This document shows positions 37,549-47,074 of a DNA stretch of 64,000 nucleotides, in pieces; position 1 is the stretch's first letter; each line of letters starts with the position of its first letter. The notes under the pieces were generated by a model. The model had not been told where the DNA came from. It saw nothing but the letters and a program-made list of their open reading frames with translations, and did no database searches. Source of the DNA: Caulobacter sp. (GTDB lineage Bacteria; Pseudomonadota; Alphaproteobacteria; Caulobacterales; Caulobacteraceae); the NCBI GenBank assembly GCA_029866155.1, contig JARWZW010000048.1, forward strand, positions 13,857-77,856, in the 5' to 3' direction. Made by a program: the position numbers and the translations under genes.

Positions 37549-38084
37549 GCGGCATCCCCTGTCCTGGCCTTGCGGCGTCTGGGCGCCGGCGCAACGACCG
37601 GCGCCATCGCCTCAGGCTCGGTCGTCTGGGCCGGCGGCTTGCGTTTGGCCCTGGGCTTGCGCGGAGGCTTGGCTGCGACTTCAAACGCCGCCTCCATCAA
37701 AGGGTCCTCGGCGGACTCGGCCGGGGGGTCGCTGCGGGCTGCCATAGGCGGCGCAAAATTTACGCCCCCGCCGCGCAATCCGGCGTCGATATCGGCGAAC
37801 ATCTGATCCACCGTCGGGTCGCGGGCGGCGTCGACCGCCTCGCTCACCGGCGCCGAGAACTGCCCCGAACGCATGGCCTCGACCTCCCTGCGGAGTTCCT
37901 CGAGTTCGGATTGCCGGGCCATATCCTCGAAACTGGCCCGAAACTCGGACGCCATTCCGCGCAGCCGGGCGATGAACTGTCCCACCCGACGCATCAATAA
38001 TGGAAGGTCCTTGGGTCCCACGACGATCAGGGCCACGGCGGCCACGATCAGCATTTCGGAGACGCCGATATCAGGCGAAAGCAT
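37545..38084 (-). CDS. tatB: Twin-arginine translocase subunit B
   Basis: DIGVSEMLIVAAVALIVVGPKDLP. Confidence 0.94.
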   Translation of the reverse strand: MLSPDIGVSEMLIVAAVALIVVGPKDLPLLMRRVGQFIARLRGMASEFRASFEDMARQSELEELRREVEAMRSGQFSAPVSEAVDAARDPTVDQMFADIDAGLRGGGVNFAPPMAARSDPPAESAEDPLMEAAFEVAAKPPRKPRAKRKPPAQTTEPEAMAPVVAPAPRRRKARTGDAA

Positions 38085-38143
38085 GGGGGCGCCTTGGGGC
38101 GTGAAAAGAAGGGAGCCAGGGCTCCCGGGTCAAGAACAGGTCG

Positions 38144-38359
38144 TCAGTTGACGATCTTGTCCTTCTCGACATCCGTGCGCGGCAGGGGCGTCGACGCAGC
38201 CTTGTCATCCACCGCCTCGTCACCCTTGAGACCGTCGCGGAACGCCTTGATGCCCTTGGCAGCATCACCCATCAGAGAAGAGAGCTTGCCACGACCGCCA
38301 AACAGCAGCGCGGCGATGCCGATGACCAGAACCCAGTGAATCCAGCTGAAACTACCCAT
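38144..38359 (-). CDS. tatA: Twin-arginine translocase subunit A
   Basis: MGSFSWIHW...[25 protein letters not shown]. Confidence 0.94.
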   Translation of the reverse strand: MGSFSWIHWVLVIGIAALLFGGRGKLSSLMGDAAKGIKAFRDGLKGDEAVDDKAASTPLPRTDVEKDKIVN

Positions 38360-38486
38360 CAGGGCCTACTCCTTCTGGCCGTCCGCATCCCGGCGGAAAG
38401 CGCATCCAACAATCTTGTCGGCCTATATAGGCGTTCTCGTGGCAGGGGGCCAAATGAAAGCTCTGCCACAATCATCCGCCCTGCCC

Positions 38487-39170
38487 TCAGCCGTCCTGTC
38501 GGTCTCCGCCACCAAGGAAGTCCTGAACGAATTCCGGCTCCTCGGCTCCCTCTGCATCGAGGGGGTCCTCATCGCTTGCGGCGTCGGTCGGACGGCTGGG
38601 ATCGGGGACAGAGAATCCGGGTGGCAGGTTCATGTCGAGCAGACCCAGCGCCTTCATGTCCGCCAGGCCAGGCAGGTCCGCCAGACCAGCGAGACCATAA
38701 TGCTCCAGAAACAGATCTGTAGTGCCATAGGTCACCGGCCGGCCGGGTGTGCGACGCCGCCCGCGCATCCGCACCAGCCCCAGTTCCAGCAGCACGTCCA
38801 GGGTGCCCCGGCTGGCCTGGACCCCTCTCACGGCCTCGATTTCCGCCCGGGTGACCGGCTGGTGATAGGCGATGATGGCCAGGGTCTCCTGGGCGGCACG
38901 GGACAGCCGTCTGGGTTCCTGTCGCTCCTGCACCATGAGGTAATCAAGATCGTCTGCGGTCTGGAACCGCCAGCGACCGGCGACCTCGACAAGGTCGACC
39001 CCGCGGCCGGCATAACGTCGCCTGAGGTCCGCGATGGCTTCGGCCACCTCTGCCCCCTCGGGAAGCCGGAGCGCCAAATCGGCCAGACTCAGCGGCTCGG
39101 CGGCGGCAAACAGCAGGGCCTCGACCGAGCGTGCGGTCAGGCCTGCGGCGGGGTCTTCGCGAGTCGTCAT
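38487..39170 (-). CDS. scpB: SMC-ScpAB subunit ScpB
   Basis: VEALLFAA, LSRAAQETLAIIAYHQPVTRAEIEAVRGV, GRPVTYGTT. Confidence 0.96.
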   Translation of the reverse strand: MTTREDPAAGLTARSVEALLFAAAEPLSLADLALRLPEGAEVAEAIADLRRRYAGRGVDLVEVAGRWRFQTADDLDYLMVQERQEPRRLSRAAQETLAIIAYHQPVTRAEIEAVRGVQASRGTLDVLLELGLVRMRGRRRTPGRPVTYGTTDLFLEHYGLAGLADLPGLADMKALGLLDMNLPPGFSVPDPSRPTDAASDEDPLDAEGAEEPEFVQDFLGGGDRQDG

Positions 39171-39985
39171 GCCGGCGCGCCCTCTGGATCCGTCAGGCGA
39201 GCCTTCAGATAGATCTCGGCGAAGGCCTCCATCTGACGGGCGTCCAGCGCCCCTTCCTTGACCAGTTCCAGGCTCGCCGAGAGGGTCGAGGCCAGGTAGC
39301 TGGCCCGGGTTGGTTCAGAATCGCCATGGGGGACCGGCGCCACGCCGGCCAGCGGCGTCCAGCGCCCAAGTTCCGGCAATAGCTCGCGAAGGCGCCGGCG
39401 GGCGTCTTCGAGGGCGAAGGCCTGCGGGACTTCAGGGCGATAGGTGCGGAACTGTTCCTGCCGACGCTGGCTGATATAGGCGCTGATCAGTTGGTAAAGA
39501 TCGCCTTCAAAGCGGTCGGCGCCGACGATACGGACCTGCTCGGGATCGCCCCGGGTAAAGACATCACGTCCCAGCCTCGGTCGGGTCTGCAAGGCATCGG
39601 ACGCCTTGCGCATGGCGTCGAGCTTGGCCAGCCGGAACGCCAGGCTGGCGGCGATCTCCTCGGCCGGCGGCTCATCGCCCCGCGGCTTGTCCGCCGAGGG
39701 CAGAAGCAGCCGGGATTTGAGATAGGCCAGCCATGCCGCCATAACCAGATAGTCAGCCGCCAGGGAGAACCTGAGGCTCCGCACCCTGTGCACAAAGGCC
39801 AGATACTGCTCCGCCAGACGGGTCACAGACAGCTTCAGCAGATCGACCTTCTGACTGCGCGCCAGGGCCAGAAGCACATGCAGGGGGCCCTCATAGCCGT
39901 CCAGGTCGATGATCAGGGCCTCGCCGTCATCGGCCGCCGCCTGGGCGGCGACAAAATCCAGATTGGGCTGAAACCCCTCGGTCAT
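39167..39985 (-). CDS. scpA: SMC-ScpAB kleisin ScpA
   Basis: YEGPLHVLL, AADYLVMAAWLAYLKSRLLLP, ASLELVKEG. Confidence 0.95.
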   Translation of the reverse strand: MTEGFQPNLDFVAAQAAADDGEALIIDLDGYEGPLHVLLALARSQKVDLLKLSVTRLAEQYLAFVHRVRSLRFSLAADYLVMAAWLAYLKSRLLLPSADKPRGDEPPAEEIAASLAFRLAKLDAMRKASDALQTRPRLGRDVFTRGDPEQVRIVGADRFEGDLYQLISAYISQRRQEQFRTYRPEVPQAFALEDARRRLRELLPELGRWTPLAGVAPVPHGDSEPTRASYLASTLSASLELVKEGALDARQMEAFAEIYLKARLTDPEGAPA

Positions 39986-41001
39986 GCCGCAAACCGGCCC
40001 TCGAATGCGGCGTCAAACCGCTCCAGCGCCTCGACGATATCCAGGGGCTCCGGAACCTTGGCCAGCCGGCCCATGGCGGCCTTGGCGCGGACAAGAGCCT
40101 GCCCCCGAAGCGGACGAACGCCCCGGACAACGGCCTCCATTTCCTGACGATCACCGTTGCAGTGAAGCACCACGTCACAGCCTGCCGTCAGGGCCCTGCG
40201 CGCCCGCTGGGAAAAATCGCCGCTCAGGGCCTTCATCGACAGGTCGTCGCTCATGATCAGACCGGAGAATCCGATATCGTCGCGGATGACCTCGCCGATC
40301 ACGGTCCTGGATGTAGTGGCCGGCCGGCGCGGATCGAGGGCCGTATAGACCACATGGGCCGACATCGCCATCGGCATGTCCGACAGGACCCGGAACGGGG
40401 CAAAATCTGTTTCAGACAGGTCCTCCCGGCTGGCGCTGACCACCGGCAGGTTTTCGTGGCTGTCGGCCATGGCCCGACCATGCCCGGGAATATGCTTGAT
40501 GACCGGCAGGACCCCGCCCGCGATCAGACCCTCGGCGGCAGCCCGCCCCAGGGTGGCGATCTCCTGAACCGTGTCGCCATAGGCCCGGTCGCCGATGATG
40601 TCGTGGGCGCCCTTCTGGGGGACATCCAGCACCGGCAGGCAATCGACATTGATGCCCAGGCTCGACAGATCATGCGCCATGAGCCGCGCACCGAGCCGGG
40701 CGATCTCCCGTCGAACCAGCGGATCATTGGTCGCAAGGGCGCCATAGGCCCTGCCCGGCGGATAGCGCCGCCAGTGAGGCGGACCCAGCCTCTGGACGCG
40801 CCCGCCCTCCTGATCGATCAGGACAGGCGCATCGGCCCGTCCCACCGTTTGACGAAGGGCTTCAGTAAGGGCCCGCACCTGATCCGGGTCCTGGATGTTC
40901 CGCCGGAACAGAATGAAGCCCCAGGGCTGCACTTCCCGAAAGAAGGCGGCTTCATCGGCGGTCAGCACCGGTCCGGCGCACCCCAGGATGCAGGCATTCA
41001 T
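39982..41001 (-). CDS. nagZ: Beta-N-acetylhexosaminidase (GH3)
   Basis: Start MNACILG; LIDQEGGRVQR, KHIPGHG, SDDLSM. Confidence 0.95.
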   Translation of the reverse strand: MNACILGCAGPVLTADEAAFFREVQPWGFILFRRNIQDPDQVRALTEALRQTVGRADAPVLIDQEGGRVQRLGPPHWRRYPPGRAYGALATNDPLVRREIARLGARLMAHDLSSLGINVDCLPVLDVPQKGAHDIIGDRAYGDTVQEIATLGRAAAEGLIAGGVLPVIKHIPGHGRAMADSHENLPVVSASREDLSETDFAPFRVLSDMPMAMSAHVVYTALDPRRPATTSRTVIGEVIRDDIGFSGLIMSDDLSMKALSGDFSQRARRALTAGCDVVLHCNGDRQEMEAVVRGVRPLRGQALVRAKAAMGRLAKVPEPLDIVEALERFDAAFEGRFAA

Positions 41002-41003
41002 GC

Positions 41004-41825
41004 TCACCGGACGAAGCAGTCCTTGCGAGCGGCCTTCAGGCGGGAACAGAAGGCGTCGGCGTCGGCGCGACTGGCGAAGCCGGTGACAGAGGTGCGAAAC
41101 AGAGTCTTCCCGCCGCTGGCCACGGTCTCGACCTTCTTGCCCTTGCCTGCGGCTGCTCCCGGCGCCAGGGCCGCTGCATCGTTCCAACCCTTGTCAGCAA
41201 GCGCCGCAGACGAGAAGGCGCCGATCTGGACCAGATAGGTTCCGCCTGGTGATCGGGCCGGCGGCGCAGCCGTGGTCGAAACCGGCTTGGGCACGGAGGG
41301 CTTCAATTCGACCGGCTTTGCAGCTGTCGAAGGGGAGACCGGAGCCGGCGCCTTGGCGGGCGCAGCCGCAACGGGAGCCGGTTTGACGGCGGGCGGCGGC
41401 GAAACCGCAGCCGAGGCCGCGGTCGGCGCGGCGACCGGTGCAGTCGCCGCCACCGGCGCAGGCGGAGGGGGCCGGGGCAAGGGCTCTTCAGCCCTCGGGG
41501 CGAAGGCCGGATCCGGCGCACCGGGGCTGTCAGGATCATTGTAGATCTCAAGACCCCGGGTCTCGTCCCGGGGCTGGTCCTCGGCCTTGGGTTCCGTACG
41601 GGTGACCTGCGGCACCGCGCCCACAGCCTTGGGCGCCTCGCCCGACGCCCGGAAACCATCGCGATAGATGAACCAGGCCCCGGCGATCAGCACAATGAGA
41701 ACCAGAGCGCTGACGATCAGGGTCACCGGCGCCGGCGAACCGCCGCGAACCGGTCGCCGGGCGTCAAACGCCAGGGGAGCGTCATTGCTGGGCGGGGTAT
41801 AGGCGCCGCGGCTGAAGTCGGACAT
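41004..41825 (-). CDS. ftsN: SPOR-domain cell division protein
   Basis: N-terminal RGAYTPP...FDAR, TM, Pro/Ala linker, C-terminal SPOR (LVQIGAFSS...FCSRLKAARKDCFVR); upstream of nagZ as recalled for Caulobacter ftsN. Confidence 0.78.
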   Translation of the reverse strand: MSDFSRGAYTPPSNDAPLAFDARRPVRGGSPAPVTLIVSALVLIVLIAGAWFIYRDGFRASGEAPKAVGAVPQVTRTEPKAEDQPRDETRGLEIYNDPDSPGAPDPAFAPRAEEPLPRPPPPAPVAATAPVAAPTAASAAVSPPPAVKPAPVAAAPAKAPAPVSPSTAAKPVELKPSVPKPVSTTAAPPARSPGGTYLVQIGAFSSAALADKGWNDAAALAPGAAAGKGKKVETVASGGKTLFRTSVTGFASRADADAFCSRLKAARKDCFVR

Positions 41826-41934
41826 CGAGCATAGGCTCCGCAAGCGATCGTGGGGTTGGCGGGAAAGCGAATCGCTCTCGCCATTGAGACAGTCTACCGA
41901 ATCACGTCACCGCCCCGCCAGCGAACCCCGATAT

Positions 41935-43128
41935 TCAGGTCCAGGTTTCCAACTGGAAGAGGCGACGGTGTTCTTCGATGGCGAAACGGTCGGTCATGCC
42001 CGCAATGTAGTCGCAGACTACCCGGGCGCGGCCGGCTTCGTCGCGGTTCTGCGACTTGACGAACCACTCGGTCGGCAGGACGTCGGGCTCGGCCATGAAC
42101 AACGAAAACATCTCGGCCAGAATACGGCGCGCTTGGCTACGTGTCCGATTGACCTTCCAGTGGCGGTACATCCGCTCCAGCAGGAAGCTGCGCAGGGCGG
42201 CAAGATCCTCGGCCATATCGCCTGAAAACGCCACAAGAGCATGGTCGAGCCCCCGCACATCGGCCGCAGTAGCGACTCCTGTGACCGCCGCCCGTCGAAG
42301 GGTCTCGCCCATGACATCATCGACCATGGCGCCGATCATGCGCCGCACCGCCTCCAGCCGGGTCAACCGGTCGTCCAGGTCCGGCCGCTCGCTGCGCACG
42401 CCCAGCAGGATTGGCCCGATCAGGGGCACCTCCAGCAATTCCTCCAGCCGGAACAGCTCGGCCTGCAGCCCGTCGTCCACGTCGTGGTTGTTATAGGCGA
42501 TATCGTCCGCCAGGGCCGCGACCTGGGCTTCAGCCGAGGCCCATCCGCCCAGCTTCAGGTCAAGCTTCTGATTGAACTGTCCCACGGCCGCCCAGCTGGG
42601 CCGGCTCAGGCGGTCGGTGACAGGGCCATTATGCTTGATCACCCCTTCCAGGGTTTCCCAGGTCAGGTTGAGCCCGAGAAAGTCGGGATAGCGGTGCTCC
42701 AGTTCGGTCACCACCCTGAAGGTCTGCACATTGTGATCGAAACCGCCCCAGGGCTTCATGCTGTCATCCAGGGCGTCCTCACCGGCATGGCCAAAGGGCG
42801 GGTGGCCCAGGTCATGCGCCAGGGCGATGGTCTCGGCCAGATCGGCGTCCAGGCCCATGGCGCTAGCCAGGGACCGGGCGATCTGGGCCACCTCCAGCGA
42901 ATGAGTCAGGCGGGTCCGATAGTGGTCGCCTTCATGGGCGACGAAGACCTGGGTCTTTTCCTTCAGGCGCCGGAAGGCTGTCGAGTGGATGATCCGGTCG
43001 CGGTCCCGGGCGAAGGGATTGCGGGTGCGGCTGGCAGCTTCCGGATAGAGCCGTCCCAGGGACCTCGCCGGATTCTCGGCGAAGGACGCGCGAAACATCG
43101 TATAGGTCTCACCGGTTCGCTCGGTCAT
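41935..43128 (-). CDS. dgt: Deoxyguanosinetriphosphate triphosphohydrolase
   Basis: [54 protein letters not shown]. Confidence 0.95.
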   Translation of the reverse strand: MTERTGETYTMFRASFAENPARSLGRLYPEAASRTRNPFARDRDRIIHSTAFRRLKEKTQVFVAHEGDHYRTRLTHSLEVAQIARSLASAMGLDADLAETIALAHDLGHPPFGHAGEDALDDSMKPWGGFDHNVQTFRVVTELEHRYPDFLGLNLTWETLEGVIKHNGPVTDRLSRPSWAAVGQFNQKLDLKLGGWASAEAQVAALADDIAYNNHDVDDGLQAELFRLEELLEVPLIGPILLGVRSERPDLDDRLTRLEAVRRMIGAMVDDVMGETLRRAAVTGVATAADVRGLDHALVAFSGDMAEDLAALRSFLLERMYRHWKVNRTRSQARRILAEMFSLFMAEPDVLPTEWFVKSQNRDEAGRARVVCDYIAGMTDRFAIEEHRRLFQLETWT

Positions 43129-43208
43129 TGATGGCCTTGTCTTGTCAGTCGCCCCTTTTCAGGCGGCGCAGGCCTGCACATATAGGATGTCGGAGAGTTT
43201 TACACACG

Positions 43209-43574
43209 ATGACGCACCCCCTCGAGATCCGCCCGTCCGGCCAGCGCCCCTCGCCGGTGACGCTTTCGGCCAGTGCTGCTCAGCGAATCCTGGCCATCGG
43301 GGCGGCTGAAGGCCGCCCCCTGATGCTGCGGGTCGCGGTCGACGGGGGTGGGTGTTCGGGTTTCCAGTACCGCTTCGACCTGGTCGACGGGGTCCAACCT
43401 GACGACCTCAAGGTCGAGCGCGACGGCGCGGCCGCCCTGATCGACGAGATTTCCCTGGACCTGCTGAAGGGTTCCGAGATCGACTTTGTGGATGAACTGG
43501 CCGCAGCCGAGTTCCGCGTCCGCAATCCAAACGCCCGGTCCAGCTGCGGGTGCGGGGTGAGCTTCTCCATCTGA
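43209..43574 (+). CDS. erpA: A-type Fe-S cluster carrier (ErpA/HesB family)
   Basis: GGGCSGFQY and NPNARSSCGCGVSF. Confidence 0.88.
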   Translation: MTHPLEIRPSGQRPSPVTLSASAAQRILAIGAAEGRPLMLRVAVDGGGCSGFQYRFDLVDGVQPDDLKVERDGAAALIDEISLDLLKGSEIDFVDELAAAEFRVRNPNARSSCGCGVSFSI

Positions 43575-43598
43575 CCGGCGGGGCGCGGCCCGCCGGTC
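43573..43598 (+). terminator. GC-rich hairpin at the erpA stop
   Basis: GACCGGCGGG-N6-CCCGCCGGTC; no clear U-tail. Confidence 0.5.
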
Positions 43599-43690
43599 CT
43601 GCCGGAAGACGCCGGTCAGCGGCTGGGTTTTCTGATCATGGGTCTTTTACCGGCTTGTAGGTCACGGATTCGACCTCGCAGGTTTCGCAC

Positions 43691-43748
43691 CCCAGAGTCA
43701 GGGCCCAGAGTCAGGGCCCAGAGTCCGGGCCCAGAGGTAGGACCCAGA
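43691..43748. repeat. 13-bp tandem repeat, about 4.5 copies
   Basis: CCCAGAGTCAGGG x2, CCCAGAGTCCGGG, CCCAGAGGTAGGA, CCCAGA. Confidence 0.95.
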
Positions 43749-43769
43749 TTTCTGGTTCAAATTCCGGGC

Positions 43770-44105
43770 TCAGCCCGGAACGAACTGCAGGGCCACCAGG
43801 ATCGCGATCAGCCAAACGCCCGGAATGGTGATGAAGATCCAGGCGTGGGTCTCCTGCCCCCTGGACCAGGTCACCCAGGCCGCGAACGGGCCGAGAATAC
43901 AGGCGATCCAGAACCCGATGAGCAGGAGAAAGACCGCCCAGGCCACCGGGTTCAGCAGGTTGGGCCGGTGATCGAAAACCAGCGGCGAAAACAGGGCCCC
44001 GACTGCGCCAAGGGGAACCATCGCCAAGCAGACCAGGGTAAGGGCCACGAGCAAGGCTGCCCTTTGACCCTTTTCCAACTGCACTGGCTTGAGCCCTTCG
44101 GTCAT
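43770..44105 (-). CDS. Small three-TM hypothetical membrane protein
   Basis: Three hydrophobic segments; fills the gap between the repeat and the divergent xth. Confidence 0.7.
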   Translation of the reverse strand: MTEGLKPVQLEKGQRAALLVALTLVCLAMVPLGAVGALFSPLVFDHRPNLLNPVAWAVFLLLIGFWIACILGPFAAWVTWSRGQETHAWIFITIPGVWLIAILVALQFVPG

Positions 44106-44141
44106 GAGCCCTAGCCTCTACGGGTCCCATCGGAGCCGTCA

Positions 44142-44921
44142 ATGCGTATCGCCACCTGGAACGTCAACTCTGTCAATGCCCGCCTGCCTACCGTGCTGAA
44201 GTGGTTCGAAGAAGCGGCGCCCGATGTCGTTTGCCTCCAGGAAATCAAATGTATTGACGACAAATTCCCGGGGGATGCCTTTGAGCGGCTTGGCTACAAC
44301 GTCGTCACCCACGGCCAGAAGACCTACAATGGCGTGGCTCTGCTATCGAAGACACCGCTCGAGGATGTGCGTCGCGGCCTTCCAGGAGACGATAGCGACG
44401 AACAGGCCCGCTATATCGAGGCGGTGGTGTCCGGCCCGACTCCGGTGCGGGTGGCGTCCATCTACCTGCCCAACGGTAATCCTGTCGGCACGGAAAAGTT
44501 TCCCTACAAGCTGAGCTGGATGGCCAGGCTATCGGCCCATGCCCGGGAATTGCTGGCGCTTGAGGAGCCTCTGATCCTGGCGGGGGACTACAATGTCATC
44601 CCTGAAACCGTCGATGTCGCCGTTCCGGAAGCCTGGACCGGAGACGCGCTCTTCCAGCCGCAGAGCCGGGGCGCCTTCCGGGCCCTGAAGAACCTGGGCT
44701 TCACCGACGCCTATATGCAGATGGATGGATCGCCCGGAGGTTATACCTTCTGGGACTATCAGGCCGGGGCATGGCCCAGGGATCACGGCATCCGAATCGA
44801 TCATCACCTTCTGTCGCCCCAGGCGGCAGACAGGCTGACCGGGATCGAGATCCATCGTGAGGTCCGTGGCTGGGACAAGCCGTCCGATCATGTGCCGGTC
44901 GTGGCCAGCCTTGCCCTTTAG
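44142..44921 (+). CDS. xth: Exodeoxyribonuclease III
   Basis: IATWNVNSV, CLQEIK, YLPNG, GDYN, RIDH, SDHVPV. Confidence 0.96.
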   Translation: MRIATWNVNSVNARLPTVLKWFEEAAPDVVCLQEIKCIDDKFPGDAFERLGYNVVTHGQKTYNGVALLSKTPLEDVRRGLPGDDSDEQARYIEAVVSGPTPVRVASIYLPNGNPVGTEKFPYKLSWMARLSAHARELLALEEPLILAGDYNVIPETVDVAVPEAWTGDALFQPQSRGAFRALKNLGFTDAYMQMDGSPGGYTFWDYQAGAWPRDHGIRIDHHLLSPQAADRLTGIEIHREVRGWDKPSDHVPVVASLAL

Positions 44922-44963
44922 GGCGGTAGCTCGGCCAGGACCGGGATCCGGACGACAGTAAAG

Positions 44964-44990
44964 AGGGGGCGGCCCCGGGACCGCCCCCTT
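44964..44990. terminator. Hairpin between convergent xth and the secreted-protein gene
   Basis: AGGGGGCGG-N8-CCGCCCCCT. Confidence 0.65.
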
Positions 44991-45011
44991 CCGGAAATCA
45001 GCTTTCGACGA

Positions 45012-45353
45012 TCAGGTGCGGATCAGGAACCGGACCTGAGAGGACAGGACATCGAGGCGCTGGTTCAGGATCGAGATCTCGCGGCGGTCGAGACCGTCCC
45101 GCTTGAACATCCGCTCGGTGTAGCGGATCTGGTCGAGACGGTACTTCAGCATGCCGGCTTCTCGCGGCCGCAGGACACCCCGCCGGCTGGCGACCTGAAT
45201 CCGGTCGGCGAGATTGGCCTGGCGTTCGTTGATATGGCGAATGGCGTGGGCTTCACCGTAGCTGCGATGGGCCGGGGCGTAGGGGGCGGCGGCGGCAGGC
45301 AGGGCGGCGGCGAGGGCAGCGGTCGCGGCCAGGGTCAGCAGGATCTTTTTCAT
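45012..45353 (-). CDS. Small secreted helical hypothetical protein
   Basis: Signal peptide MKKILLTLAATAALAAALPAAAA; charged helical mature part; GAGGAAGG SD. Confidence 0.75.
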   Translation of the reverse strand: MKKILLTLAATAALAAALPAAAAPYAPAHRSYGEAHAIRHINERQANLADRIQVASRRGVLRPREAGMLKYRLDQIRYTERMFKRDGLDRREISILNQRLDVLSSQVRFLIRT

Positions 45354-45488
45354 GACTTGCATCCTTCCTCTTTCAGGCTCGCCCGGTGCGGGTGAACTCC
45401 ATGAGGAGGGTTTTGCGCCAATGGCCCTGAAGCCAGCCTGAGCGTCAGGTTATGTTCTGTTCATCGAACGGGCGCCGGCCAGGGCGCA

Positions 45489-45797
45489 TCAGATCGGCAT
45501 CCGCATGATTTCCTGATAGGCGCTGATGACCTGGTCCCGAACGGCCATCACCGTTTCCAGGCTGGCCTCGGCCGAGGAAATTGCGGTCACCACGTCAATC
45601 AGTTCCGTCTTGCCGGCCACATGGGACGCCATCTGGGATTCGGCAGCCTTGGAGCTCTGGACCGCGTCGCCCATCACCGACTTGAGCAGATCGCCGAAAC
45701 TGGCGCCGCTCGGGGCGCCGACATCGGCGCCGCCACCAAGCCCGGCGGACTTCTGGACAGCGGCATAGGCCTTGGCGGCGGCGAGCGGCGACATCAT
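45489..45797 (-). CDS. fliE: Flagellar hook-basal body protein FliE
   Basis: [21 protein letters not shown]-terminus. Confidence 0.95.
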   Translation of the reverse strand: MMSPLAAAKAYAAVQKSAGLGGGADVGAPSGASFGDLLKSVMGDAVQSSKAAESQMASHVAGKTELIDVVTAISSAEASLETVMAVRDQVISAYQEIMRMPI

Positions 45798-45808
45798 CGT
45801 TCAGGGTC

Positions 45809-46228
45809 CTAGCGCTTGAGCAGTTCAAGGGTGCGCTGGTCCATGGACCGCGCCGTCTCGATGACATTCAGATTGGCTTCGTAGGCCCGCTGGGCCTCCC
45901 GCAGGTCCAGGGCCTCGACCAGGCTGTCGACATTGGGGAGTTTCACATAACCTTCGTTATTGGCCGCCGGATGTCCCGGATCATAGACCGTCCGGAACTC
46001 CTTCCTATCTGGCTCGACCCGTGCCATTCGCACCCCCTGCCCGCCATCGACAGCCTCAGGCTGGAAGACCGAAACCTGACGCCGATAGGGGTCGCCTTCG
46101 GCCGTCCGGGCTGTGGAATTGGCGTTGGCCAGATTCTCGGCGATGATCCGCATGCGGGACTGCTGAGCGCGCAGGCCGCTGGCGGCTATCCGCATGGTGG
46201 CGTTGGACTGGGACGGAATCTCGGGCAT
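45809..46228 (-). CDS. flgC: Flagellar basal-body rod protein FlgC
   Basis: RMRIIAENLANA, PYRR, YDPGHPAA, GYVKLPNV, YEAN. Confidence 0.96.
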   Translation of the reverse strand: MPEIPSQSNATMRIAASGLRAQQSRMRIIAENLANANSTARTAEGDPYRRQVSVFQPEAVDGGQGVRMARVEPDRKEFRTVYDPGHPAANNEGYVKLPNVDSLVEALDLREAQRAYEANLNVIETARSMDQRTLELLKR

Positions 46229-46252
46229 GGGTCGCGGAATCCTCTAGGGCGA

Positions 46253-46681
46253 TCAGCGGCCAGGCGGCCGGGCGGCCAAGCGTAGCAAGGCCATGGATTT
46301 CTGGTAGAAACCGATGGCCGCGTCATATTGCATCCGGGTCTCGGTCATCTTGATCATCTGGTCCTCGAGGACCACGCCATTGCCGTCGAGGGTCGTCTCG
46401 GAATCGGCAGCCTTGACGATTCGCCCTGGCGAGGGCGGCGACTTCATGGGCTTTCCCGCCATATGTCCCGACCGGGTCTGGGAAGGCTGCACGGAACTGG
46501 CCCTCAGCCCTGCCCCATCGCTCGCCATGTGTGCGTCAAAACGAAAGGGCTTTACGTCGCGGGCCAGATAGCCCGGCGTATCGGCATTGGCGACATTCTC
46601 GGCGATGACTTTCTGCCTGTCAGACAGATAGCCCAACCTCTGACGCAGCATCGAAAGGAGCGGAATGTCGCCTGTGCTCAT
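46253..46681 (-). CDS. flgB: Flagellar basal-body rod protein FlgB
   Basis: RQKVIAENVANADTPGY, DGNGVVLEDQM. Confidence 0.95.
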   Translation of the reverse strand: MSTGDIPLLSMLRQRLGYLSDRQKVIAENVANADTPGYLARDVKPFRFDAHMASDGAGLRASSVQPSQTRSGHMAGKPMKSPPSPGRIVKAADSETTLDGNGVVLEDQMIKMTETRMQYDAAIGFYQKSMALLRLAARPPGR

Positions 46682-46705
46682 GGGCGCGAGAGTGAAGAAA
46701 CAGGG

Positions 46706-46720
46706 TTAATCGGGCCTTAA
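46706..46720. promoter_or_regulatory. CtrA binding site in the divergent flgB/fliO promoter region
   Basis: Exact TTAA-TCGGGCC-TTAA (TTAA-N7-TTAA). Confidence 0.85.
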
Positions 46721-46777
46721 GACTTGAAGCCCATTTCAGAGAGGCTTCCCCGCGGACGAGTCTTCCCAAACACCCTC

Positions 46778-47074
46778 ATGGACATCGCCCAGACCCTTCA
46801 GGCCCTCGCCGCCCTGGCCGTGACTCTGGGCCTGATCGGCCTCACCGCCGTTGGGCTTAGGCGCTTCGGCCCGGACGTCATCTCACGCTTTCAGGGCCAG
46901 GCCGGCCCCCGCCGTCTGACCCTGGTGGAAACCCTTGTGCTGGACCCAACCCGGCGCCTGGTCCTGATCCGGCTGGATGGCGAAGAGCGACTGGTTCTGC
47001 TCGGGGAAGGCCGGATGCTGGAGACACTCAAACCTGCGCGCGCCCGCAAGGTCGCCGCCTCGGAGACTGCCTGA
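46778..47074 (+). CDS. fliO: Flagellar export chaperone FliO
   Basis: N-terminal TM then LVETLVLDPTRRLVLIR; directly upstream of fliP. Confidence 0.85.
   Translation: MDIAQTLQALAALAVTLGLIGLTAVGLRRFGPDVISRFQGQAGPRRLTLVETLVLDPTRRLVLIRLDGEERLVLLGEGRMLETLKPARARKVAASETA

Noticed and set aside
38421-38432. Perfect palindrome GCCTATATAGGC upstream of tatA
   Set aside because: It is most simply the AT-rich -10 element of the tat promoter, and there is no other support for an operator.
38487-39985. scpAB without an adjacent smc
   Set aside because: Unlinked smc is the usual arrangement in alphaproteobacteria and is not evidence of loss.
43691-43748. Possible mini-CRISPR
   Set aside because: The units are contiguous 13-mers with no spacers and there are no cas genes. 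Reported as a tandem repeat instead.
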